NCBI GenBank assembly: GCA_026390635.1
Contig: JAPLFO010000148.1
Location: forward strand, 124,080-188,079
Direction of reading: 5' to 3'
Length of the DNA stretch: 64,000 nt
Source: Ignavibacteriales bacterium
Lineage (GTDB): Bacteria > Bacteroidota > Ignavibacteria > UBA10030 > UBA8401
Position numbers and translations under genes: made by a program
The notes under the pieces: model-generated
Database searches by the model: none
What the model was told of the DNA's origin: nothing
What the model saw: only the letters and a program-made list of their open reading frames with translations
Shown here: piece after piece, positions 1 through 8,175 of the stretch
Numbering within the stretch: the stretch's first letter is position 1
Layout: the number at the start of each line of letters is the position of its first letter

Positions 1-1644
1 GAGTCATGGATGGATGCTGTCGGTACGACAGGACCGTGGTCTCCACGCGGCAATCGCGCCAACGATGTTCAGGCGATTTGGTATAGGCAGCTCAAGAGCG
101 GTGCCGCCATCGCTCTCTATAATAGAGACACCGTCGCAGCCCGCCGTTGGGCAGACCTGGCCGATACGGTCAAAGCGAGATTCTATCCATTTTTTGCAGA
201 TCCCGCCACAGGATTGCTGTACGATCATCTTCGCGCGAACGGAGAGCCGGCGAAAGAACTCCGCCCCAATCAATTGTTCTGTCTGGATATGATCGAGAAG
301 ACCGATGTGCAGCGCCGGATTCTGCAAAGTGTGACTTCGCATATTGTCTATGAACACGGAGTCGGAACCCTTGCGCAGAGCGATTCGAATTTCCATCCTT
401 TTCATTACTACGAACCGGCCTATGTACAAGACGCTGCATATCATACCGGCATAGTCTGGACGTGGTTAAACGGAGAGGCGATCATCGCACTCTGCCGTCA
501 CGCTGCCTGCGAGACAGCTGCGCGTCTCACCATGAACATGGTGCACCAGATATTGGAACGCGGGTGTGTGGGAACTCTCTCCGAATTGCTGGACGCCTAT
601 CCGCGCCCCGGAGAAAAAGAACCTCGCCTTTCCGGCACCTATTCGCAGGCATGGAGCCTCGCGGAGTTCATCCGCAGTATCTATCAGGCGTATCTCGGCA
701 TTGAAGTCAACGGCAATGCCGTCCGTCTGTCTCCGCAATTGCCCGTTGCCTTTGGAGACGCGGAATTCACCGTGCATGCCGGCACAGCCTCGGTACGTGT
801 GAGATATGAAGCGCGGGGTGATTCCATCTTTCTCTCACACGATCCAAGTTCTCTTGCAATAAGTGCTCCGCGTGCGATGTACAGATCAACGAACGTATCA
901 TCTGCCCAATTTCCGCTCGCTCAAAAGGTTGATGACATCAACATTCCCTCGTTGCGAGGCCCGTCGTATCCGATTCTGCCGCTGTCATCCGTGCGCGTGA
1001 AGAATTCTTCTGCGAAGATTTTATTCGATATGAAAGATCCCATGGGAGATGACAGAGGCGCTGCCGATTCGTATGTGTATCCGACCAACGTACATTTCGC
1101 ACCGGGCATTCTGGATATCACGAGGGCAATTGTTCGCTATGATGCAAAGAACGTTTACTTTTCTTTGCGGTTCAAGAATCTCGCCAATCCGGGCTGGCAT
1201 CCTGAGTATGGTTATCAGTTGACATTTTCAGCGATTGCCATTCATCGCGGGACGTCGTCCGCCACAACAGCCGTCGGACTCAATTCGGGCATGGTTGTTC
1301 CGAAAGATTATGCCTTCGATCGCCTAATCGCCGTTGGCGGCGGAATTCGTGTAACCGATGGCAGCGGCAGTGTCCTCTGCGAATATCTGCCCCGCCCGGA
1401 AGACACCGCCGATCCGATCGGCAGCGTGAAAGATAAATCAGTTGAGTTCAGTCTGCCGATAAAGTATCTTGGAACACCCGGCAAACAATGGAAACTGACA
1501 ATTCTCGTCGGCGCGCAGGACGATCACGGCGGCGGCGGAGTTGGGGAATTCCGCACAATCGATGCGGTCGGCAGTGAATGGACCGGCGGCGGAAAGACCG
1601 ACTCCCGGCAGTCCAACGTGTTTGATATGCTCCGGTTGAAGTAG
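1..1644 (+). CDS. Amylo-alpha-1,6-glucosidase (glycogen-debranching GDE_C) with C-terminal glucodextranase/DOMON-like domain; 5'-truncated by the window edge
   Basis: Frame open from base 1 (ESWMDA). GDE motifs WMDA, LRPNQ, YHTGIVWTW, SELLD and QAWSLAE; C-terminal DPMGDDRG..YVYPT..F.PG.LD and FRTID..SEWTGGG typical of Glucodextran_C. Confidence 0.8.
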   Translation, partial: ESWMDAVGTTGPWSPRGNRANDVQAIWYRQLKSGAAIALYNRDTVAARRWADLADTVKARFYPFFADPATGLLYDHLRANGEPAKELRPNQLFCLDMIEKTDVQRRILQSVTSHIVYEHGVGTLAQSDSNFHPFHYYEPAYVQDAAYHTGIVWTWLNGEAIIALCRHAACETAARLTMNMVHQILERGCVGTLSELLDAYPRPGEKEPRLSGTYSQAWSLAEFIRSIYQAYLGIEVNGNAVRLSPQLPVAFGDAEFTVHAGTASVRVRYEARGDSIFLSHDPSSLAISAPRAMYRSTNVSSAQFPLAQKVDDINIPSLRGPSYPILPLSSVRVKNSSAKILFDMKDPMGDDRGAADSYVYPTNVHFAPGILDITRAIVRYDAKNVYFSLRFKNLANPGWHPEYGYQLTFSAIAIHRGTSSATTAVGLNSGMVVPKDYAFDRLIAVGGGIRVTDGSGSVLCEYLPRPEDTADPIGSVKDKSVEFSLPIKYLGTPGKQWKLTILVGAQDDHGGGGVGEFRTIDAVGSEWTGGGKTDSRQSNVFDMLRLK

Positions 1645-1760
1645 AAAATATCCGACGACTGCATTCAGAGACATCGTCGCAGGTGCAGACCAGGTTTACG
1701 AACTATTTCGTTCCATCATGCCCGCAGAAGCGGGTTGTACATCACCTTTAAGGAGGTTGT

Positions 1761-2642
1761 ATGTTTTTCATACTCTCAATTATCGTCGCGGCCGTTGCTC
1801 TCACCGCATATTTTAATGCGCGAAAAAATGTTACCGAAGTCGGCAAGCGCGGTGCTGCTCTTTCGGGAATTGTCGGCGGATTATTTGCATTGATTGCAGT
1901 CGGTCAATGCTTCACACAAATTCCCGCCGGATATGTCGGTGTTGTGGACTTTTTCGGCGTTGTGTCATCACGGACTCTGCCGCCCGGCATCAACATCGTC
2001 AATCCGCTTGCCAAAGTGGTGAAGTTTTCCACGCAGACACAGGAACACAAAGAAGCCATGCAAGTCCTGTCGCGCGAAGGGCTCACCATCGGATTGGAAA
2101 TCAGTGTCCTCTATCGTCTCAATCCGGATTCGGCGGGGCGTGTCTATCAAACAGTTCTGGGCGGCGATTATGAGACCATCATTCTTATTCCGCAATTCCG
2201 ATCGATCAGCCGTTCTGTGACCGCCAGTTTCCAGGCCAGCGCTCTCTACTCCACTGAACGCGAGCAGCTTGCCCTCAATATCCAGACAGAACTTGCACAC
2301 GCTGTTGCACCACGAGGCGTGCTCATCGAATCAACGCCGCTGCGCAATGTGGCTCTTCCGACACAATTGACGGAAGCAATCGAACAGAAACAGCGGGCGG
2401 ATCAGGAAAGCCAGCGGATGGAATTTATTCTTGCGAAAGAAAAACAGGAAGCGGATCGCAAACGCATCGAAGCACAGGGCATAGCGGACTTCCAGAAGAT
2501 CGTCGCAGCGGGGATCAGCGATCAATTGCTGCGCTGGAAAGGCATTGAGGCGACGGAAAAACTCGCAATGTCACAGAATGCGAAAGTTGTTGTCATCGGC
2601 GCAGGCAAAGACGGTCTGCCGCTTATTCTGGATACGAAGTAG
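1761..2642 (+). CDS. SPFH/prohibitin (band 7) membrane protein
   Basis: N-terminal TM helices, IPAGYVGV, LPPGINIVNP, coiled coil AIEQKQRADQE..EAQGIA; AAGGAGG RBS. Confidence 0.92.
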   Translation: MFFILSIIVAAVALTAYFNARKNVTEVGKRGAALSGIVGGLFALIAVGQCFTQIPAGYVGVVDFFGVVSSRTLPPGINIVNPLAKVVKFSTQTQEHKEAMQVLSREGLTIGLEISVLYRLNPDSAGRVYQTVLGGDYETIILIPQFRSISRSVTASFQASALYSTEREQLALNIQTELAHAVAPRGVLIESTPLRNVALPTQLTEAIEQKQRADQESQRMEFILAKEKQEADRKRIEAQGIADFQKIVAAGISDQLLRWKGIEATEKLAMSQNAKVVVIGAGKDGLPLILDTK

Positions 2643-2662
2643 GCGGTCACAACTATTAGAAT

Positions 2663-2777
2663 CGTCATTCCAGCGAGCCGAGCAGCGCGAGGCGAAGGCT
2701 GGAATCCAGCTTTGTTCTGGTTCTGCAGATGGATTCCGGATCTGCGTCCCGCTTCGCGGGACTTGTCCGGAATGACG
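2663..2777. repeat. CGTC-tagged REP-like palindromic doublet
   Basis: Terminal inverted repeats cgtcattcc/ggaatgacg, inner ggaatcca/tggattcc, and an internal hairpin gtcccgc-ttc-gcgggac. Confidence 0.75.
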
Positions 2778-2829
2778 CCCACCTGGGTTGTGCGAATCTA
2801 TTATTCCAAATAAGTTTTGATGATTACGT

Positions 2830-2870
2830 AAAAAATCCGTCTGTTACACGACAGACGGATTTTTTATTTT
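2830..2870. terminator. Bidirectional Rho-independent terminator
   Basis: aaaaaatccgtctgt-tacacg-acagacggatttttt between convergent genes. Confidence 0.88.
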
Positions 2871-2887
2871 TCCCGCAGTCCTGCCTT

Positions 2888-4807
2888 CTAACGGTACGCC
2901 TTCTGTAGTTCATCCAACCCTTTCAACTGCTCCGTCGCTGTCGCATTTTCAGGATCGATTGCCAACGCACGATTAAAGAACTCGCGTGCCTTGGCGTACG
3001 ATTTCAAATTCTGATACGAAATACCGGCCTGAATATTGGCATCAATACTTTTGGGATTCAGCTCCAGTGCACGCTCATACTGCGCGATTGCGTCATTGTA
3101 GAGACCCGCACCGTTGTATGCATATCCAAGATAGAAACGAATGGCATAGAAGTCATTGCCGCGCGACACGGCCTGTGCCAGCAAATCCACCATCGGTTTA
3201 TAGTTGGCGGCTTTGATATGATTGGTGAAGAGAAATTTGTATGCCGAGAAATAGAGTGAATCCGCCGTGATCGCCTTTTGGAAATAATTATTGGCGATGT
3301 AACTTTCATTGTTGGCATCGTATAATTTACCCAGCGCGAATGCGGCAGGAGCATATTCCTCTGCAATCAGCATGGCATCTTTGTAATGTCCGATTGCCGA
3401 TTCCTTTTCGCCGCGCTCTTCGGCTATACGCCCGGCTTTCATATGCTGGAGCACCTCCGCCGGGATACGGCGTTCACGGATTGTTATCAAAATGCGGAGT
3501 TGATCCACGCGTTCTACCAGATCCACATCAGAGCAATAACGCATGACCTGGGTAATTTCTTCACGGGCAGCACCAAGGTTTCCCGCATAGTACTCGTTTA
3601 CAGCTTTCAGCATGGAGTACCACGGCAATGCAAATTGCACTGAGTCCTTTTGCAAATTTGCAAAAAATTCCCGCGGGAATAGCGGCTGATGAGCTTTCCA
3701 GTGATTGTTGACGATGCGGATGAATGTTTCATACGAATCATACAACTGATATTTTTGGAGGCGGGTCGCCTGCGCCTCCGGCAGCGTCATATTCAACGAC
3801 TGAGTATTTGTATCCTGAAAATTGATCGATGTGATCGCCCAGGCAAGCGATTCAATAATGTATTTGTACTTGTAATCGATTTTGCCGGACGATGAACCGG
3901 CGATGATCCAGCGAGTGCTCTGCTCATCGAGCGCACGGTTCAGCGAGTCATACAGAAATTCACCCCGACGCACCATTTCCGAGCCGCGCGCCAGCATCGG
4001 CGTCATGCCGGAATCAGACTCTTGAATGCCGAGAGACGGATCCGCGAGATTGTCACGGATTTGCTTGAACTGGGGACGGAAATCATTCACCGCCGCAATT
4101 TTCTGTTTGAGATCGTTTGCCGGCGAGGCAACGGCGGCGAGACAGTTTTCGCTCGCTTCTTTCAGCCGGAGTTCAAACACCCGCAGGCGTTTTGGTCTTA
4201 CGTCGCCATACATCGGAAAAATTTCGAGCGATCGATCGCGCAATATGGCATCGTAGCTTTCCACAGCGGAAAGATATTTTTTTTCGGTCAACGCATTGTC
4301 GGCCGCAGCGAAAAGCGAGGTCAGCCTGGTATAGCCGGGCCAGCATTCCTGTTCAATTGACATCTCCGCCGTCGATTGCGATTCACCAAGCTTGAAGATG
4401 AAGGTGAAGGGCTGATGCAGTTTGAGTTTCCGGCTGAACCCCGTCAGAATCACCGTGCTGTCCTTTTCGTTCAACACCGGCCCGCGAAATTCGATCGGAA
4501 ATGGCTGGCCGTTTTGTATCAGGGAAAGCTGGGGGAGTTTTTCCAGTACAAAGTTGTCATCAATTTTCCAATCTCCGGTATTTCTGACCGCAAAATAATA
4601 GTAGTCGCCGCCGTTGACGTTGTCGGCGGTGAGCAACGGATCAAGATTCTTTGTCGTGAGAACGATTTTGACATAGCGCTGCGCACCCATCCCGAGAAAG
4701 CCCGACTTCTCGGCAACTTTGAGAATAACCTGGGGCGAACGGTATTGAGCCCAGAGGACTGTTGAGATAAGACAGAGAATTGTACAGAATACGGAACGTG
4801 TTTTCAT
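2888..4807 (-). CDS. Exported protein with C-terminal TPR repeats
   Basis: Signal peptide MKTRSVFCTILCLISTVLWA-Q; C-terminal TPRs (YLGYAYNGAGLYNDAIAQYERALELNP; AGISYQNLKSYAKAREFFNRALAIDP). Start moved from the track position to ATG 4807. Confidence 0.8.
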   Translation of the reverse strand: MKTRSVFCTILCLISTVLWAQYRSPQVILKVAEKSGFLGMGAQRYVKIVLTTKNLDPLLTADNVNGGDYYYFAVRNTGDWKIDDNFVLEKLPQLSLIQNGQPFPIEFRGPVLNEKDSTVILTGFSRKLKLHQPFTFIFKLGESQSTAEMSIEQECWPGYTRLTSLFAAADNALTEKKYLSAVESYDAILRDRSLEIFPMYGDVRPKRLRVFELRLKEASENCLAAVASPANDLKQKIAAVNDFRPQFKQIRDNLADPSLGIQESDSGMTPMLARGSEMVRRGEFLYDSLNRALDEQSTRWIIAGSSSGKIDYKYKYIIESLAWAITSINFQDTNTQSLNMTLPEAQATRLQKYQLYDSYETFIRIVNNHWKAHQPLFPREFFANLQKDSVQFALPWYSMLKAVNEYYAGNLGAAREEITQVMRYCSDVDLVERVDQLRILITIRERRIPAEVLQHMKAGRIAEERGEKESAIGHYKDAMLIAEEYAPAAFALGKLYDANNESYIANNYFQKAITADSLYFSAYKFLFTNHIKAANYKPMVDLLAQAVSRGNDFYAIRFYLGYAYNGAGLYNDAIAQYERALELNPKSIDANIQAGISYQNLKSYAKAREFFNRALAIDPENATATEQLKGLDELQKAYR

Positions 4808-4911
4808 TTTTTTGTCAGTCTCGATGCGACGATGTATGGAAGTGTGAATAATATATAAAAGAGGAGCCCGAGAATCAATGGAAACGGCCAGAATCGCTGT
4901 GACCGCGATAC

Positions 4912-4940
4912 TTGACAAAGAAGCCTGTTTTTTCCATATT
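4912..4940 (+). promoter_or_regulatory. Sigma70-type promoter for the caspase operon
   Basis: TTGACA-N17-CATATT, ending 37 nt before ATG 4978. Confidence 0.6.
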
Positions 4941-4977
4941 GCCAGCGATGATCATCACTACACCCATGGGGTGAGCT

Positions 4978-7368
4978 ATGCATAAGAAGCTTTTATACGT
5001 CTTCGCCGTGGGGATTCTCAGCATTTCCCCTCTCCTCAATGCCCAGATTCCCTATACCGAACCGTCCGCATCCACTGTTCTGCCCAATACGCAGGTAACA
5101 GCATCCGCGATCAGCGTCTCGGCTGAAATGATTGCAGTAGCAAGCTCGGAAAAAGAAATTACGCTGCTATCCATGACCACGTTGAAGCCGGGCATTCGCC
5201 TGCATCTTCAAAGCGGACGCTCCTTTGGCCTCGCCTTCACTCCCGATGGACGATATCTGGTTTCCGGGGTTGTCTCCGGAGAGCTGATTTTCTGGAATAT
5301 CAGTTCCGGAACGATATCACAGACGCTTCAAAATGACGGCGGAGTGCGCAGCATCGCCATAAATGATCAGGGGAAAATGGTGAGCGGCGGCGGTACTGCC
5401 ACCAAAGTGTGGAGTCTGGCAGCCGGTAAAGTGGAAGCGAACTTCCCTCCTTCCACCGAAGAAATTATTCAAAATATTTTCAATCCGCAGGGGAATCTTG
5501 TTCTTTCCGCATCCATCGACGGTCGCCTGCGGCTGCTTGACCCCTTGGTTCCTACTGTTGTGTTGCGAACATTTGGCAGCCGAAAGGTCCGTATCTCTCA
5601 CATGGCATTTGCACCGGACGGACGGACATTGGCTGTTGCATACGCGGACTCTACAATCCAACTTTGGAATGCACAGACTGGCGACTTGATTTCCACCACA
5701 AGGGACGCCGACGGACCTCTCACTGCTCTGGTGTTTCATCCGAACGGCCGCTGGCTGCTCACCGGTGGAAAAGAAATCAAAATACGGAATGTTGCGGACG
5801 CCGCACTATTGAAGTCGGTCGCCGTTCCGGGAGTTGTCCAATCGCTTTACCTTTTGGCAGGCGGCTCAACAATAGCAGTCGTCACCGTCGATGGATCGGT
5901 GAATACCTATCGTCTGCTGGATAAAAAACCGGATGTTCTACCACCATCCATTACCATCCTCAGGCCGGCTCCATCCGGCACCGACGCATATCAAATCTAT
6001 GCTGATGGTATTGAAGTGTACGGCATCGTCAGCGATAACAGCAATCTCAGCAGTCTGACCATCGACAGCGTCAATATTCCGCTGTCATCAATGATGGACG
6101 TACCGCACAAGCCGTCCGATTCCGCTGCTGTTGTGAAATCATTCACTGCGAACGTGGCACTCCGATCACAGGGATCGAATGCAATCAATCTGACGGCAAA
6201 AGACTCCGCCGGCAATGCGTCCACCAGCCAGCTGCGTGTTGTGAAACTGTCGAAAGACGCCGCGGTGGAACTAATCAATCCGCGCGAGAATTCGGAGACG
6301 AACGATTTTGCCGCAAAGCTGGAATTCAAAATCAATTTTGATTTTGCGTCGTATAGTATCGGCGTCAACAACTTTGAGATCATTAAGAAAGAAAATATTT
6401 CGAAAAAACCGATCGGCACGATGCTCACTGAACAGGTTCCTCTTTCCGCCGGGTTGAATCAATTACAGTTGATCGTCGCCACCCGAAGCGGCGAGCGCAT
6501 GCGCCGCGCCGTCAAAGTATCGCGAAGAATTCTCAGCGGTCCGGTCGCAGCGCAGCAGCCCGGAAAGCCGGCGCCGGCTTCCACCGGCAGGCCGCAGCAG
6601 TGGGCAGTTGTTGTCGGTGTATCAGAGTATGAAAAGCCATCCATTAAGAATCTTAACTATGCCGATCGCGACGCACGGGAATTCGCCGACTACCTGAAGA
6701 GTCCCGCCGGCGGCGGATTTGAAGAAGCACGCGTCAGGGTGCTTCTCAATAAAGAAGCAACGCTGCAGAACATCAAGTCCGCTCTCAATCAATTTCTCCG
6801 GCAGACAGTCGATAAAGATTTGGTGATCATCTATTTTGCGGGACACGGCGCGCCGGAGCCGGCCAATCCCAGTAATAATTATCTCCTCTGCTACGATACC
6901 GATCCAACGTCGCTCGAAACGACGGCGTTCCCGATGTGGGATATCAATACGGCGCTGCAGCGCTACATCCCGTCAAAGCGCGTTGTCGTGCTGACCGATG
7001 CATGTCATAGCGGCGGCATCAGCACGGAACTCGCAACGCGCGGCATGGGCACCGTCGAGAGCAACCTGATCAACCAGTATCTCTCCGATCTCTCGAAGTC
7101 GAAAGAAGGGATCATTGTTTTCACCGCAAGTCAGTCAGGCGAGGTTTCACAGGAACTGGACAAGTTCGGCCATGGCGTTTTCACGCATTTTCTGCTGCAA
7201 GGATTGAAAGGTGAAGCAGACAGAAATAACGACTATACCGTGACCATCGGCGAACTCATGGACTATGTGGAAGAGATGGTCAAGCGGCAAACGAACGGCA
7301 ATCAGCATCCAACCCGAAATCAGGGAACGTACGATACCGACATGACGATTGGATTGGTTCCCCACTAG
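4978..7368 (+). CDS. Exported WD40 beta-propeller / Ig-like / caspase-family (peptidase C14) protein
   Basis: Signal peptide; WD repeats (LAFTPDGRYLVSG..IFWN; MAFAPDGRTLA..IQLWN); Ig-like DVLPPSITI..TAKDSAGN; C14 domain WAVVVGVSEY, catalytic His FAGHG, catalytic Cys DACHSG, HGVFTHFLLQGL. Confidence 0.9.
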   Translation: MHKKLLYVFAVGILSISPLLNAQIPYTEPSASTVLPNTQVTASAISVSAEMIAVASSEKEITLLSMTTLKPGIRLHLQSGRSFGLAFTPDGRYLVSGVVSGELIFWNISSGTISQTLQNDGGVRSIAINDQGKMVSGGGTATKVWSLAAGKVEANFPPSTEEIIQNIFNPQGNLVLSASIDGRLRLLDPLVPTVVLRTFGSRKVRISHMAFAPDGRTLAVAYADSTIQLWNAQTGDLISTTRDADGPLTALVFHPNGRWLLTGGKEIKIRNVADAALLKSVAVPGVVQSLYLLAGGSTIAVVTVDGSVNTYRLLDKKPDVLPPSITILRPAPSGTDAYQIYADGIEVYGIVSDNSNLSSLTIDSVNIPLSSMMDVPHKPSDSAAVVKSFTANVALRSQGSNAINLTAKDSAGNASTSQLRVVKLSKDAAVELINPRENSETNDFAAKLEFKINFDFASYSIGVNNFEIIKKENISKKPIGTMLTEQVPLSAGLNQLQLIVATRSGERMRRAVKVSRRILSGPVAAQQPGKPAPASTGRPQQWAVVVGVSEYEKPSIKNLNYADRDAREFADYLKSPAGGGFEEARVRVLLNKEATLQNIKSALNQFLRQTVDKDLVIIYFAGHGAPEPANPSNNYLLCYDTDPTSLETTAFPMWDINTALQRYIPSKRVVVLTDACHSGGISTELATRGMGTVESNLINQYLSDLSKSKEGIIVFTASQSGEVSQELDKFGHGVFTHFLLQGLKGEADRNNDYTVTIGELMDYVEEMVKRQTNGNQHPTRNQGTYDTDMTIGLVPH

Positions 7369-7475
7369 CCGGTCGCCGAACGTCCTTCGACGCAGAGTCG
7401 GGGTGCGCTTAGGAACCATGGCTCGATGGTCACCGGACGTGGCTCGACTGCGCTCGCCAACCGAAGCCGGGGTGG
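7369..7475. repeat. Degenerate, nested copies of the GIY-YIG-flanking repeat
   Basis: cggtcgccgaacg..gtcggggtg and ggtcaccggacg[tggctcgactgcgctcgccaacc]gaagccggggtg resemble cggtcaccgagcgaagccgaggtg. Confidence 0.55.
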
Positions 7476-7503
7476 TATTCAATATCAAAGGAAAGGATAC
7501 AGA

Positions 7504-8175
7504 ATGAAAACACGGACACTATTCCTGTTGGCGGTGCTGCTCCTTACGGCCGCATGGTGTTTTGCGCAGCCGGAACCCAAGGCAGGCGAAAACATCAACT
7601 ACAAGTGGGCGTTTGTTGCGCGGGTTGGCGATCAAACGGCACGGCGCCTTGTGCCTATTTCGCGCGATACGATTCTCCGCTCCGGAGATGAGTTTAAGAT
7701 GATGATCAATCTTTCAAAAAAAACCAACGTGTACGTTTTCTACCGCAGCCCGTCCGGCGAGATGGATTTGCTCTTTCCTTATGGCATTGAATCGGACTAT
7801 GGGATCGACAAAAATTATTACATCCCGAAAGGGCGCGATTGGAACAAATTCGACAACAACACGGGGCAGGAAACTTTCTACATTCTTGCATCAATCGACC
7901 GGCTGACCGATCTTGAAAGTGCATGGCACAAATATCTGGCAGCCCCCGCCGGGAAAAAAACTGAAGCGAGCGTGACCGTTGTTGGTGTAATTAAAGATGT
8001 GAAGAAGCGCTACCGCACATTCCAGACCCTGGCAGAACGGCCAATCAGTATTGCCGGCAACGTGCGCGGCAGCAGAGGCGCCCAGGATCCAAACAAAATA
8101 GACATTGCCACTATGGCGAGCGAAGTCTCCGCCGTCAATTTCTTCAGTAAGACAATTACCATTGACCACAAGTAA
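7504..8175 (+). CDS. Exported DUF4384 domain protein
   Basis: Signal peptide MKTRTLFLLAVLLLTAAWCFA; LRSGDEFKMMI, NVYVFYRSPSGEMDLLFP, YYIP..FDNNTGQETFYILAS; GGA RBS before ATG 7504. Confidence 0.8.
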   Translation: MKTRTLFLLAVLLLTAAWCFAQPEPKAGENINYKWAFVARVGDQTARRLVPISRDTILRSGDEFKMMINLSKKTNVYVFYRSPSGEMDLLFPYGIESDYGIDKNYYIPKGRDWNKFDNNTGQETFYILASIDRLTDLESAWHKYLAAPAGKKTEASVTVVGVIKDVKKRYRTFQTLAERPISIAGNVRGSRGAQDPNKIDIATMASEVSAVNFFSKTITIDHK

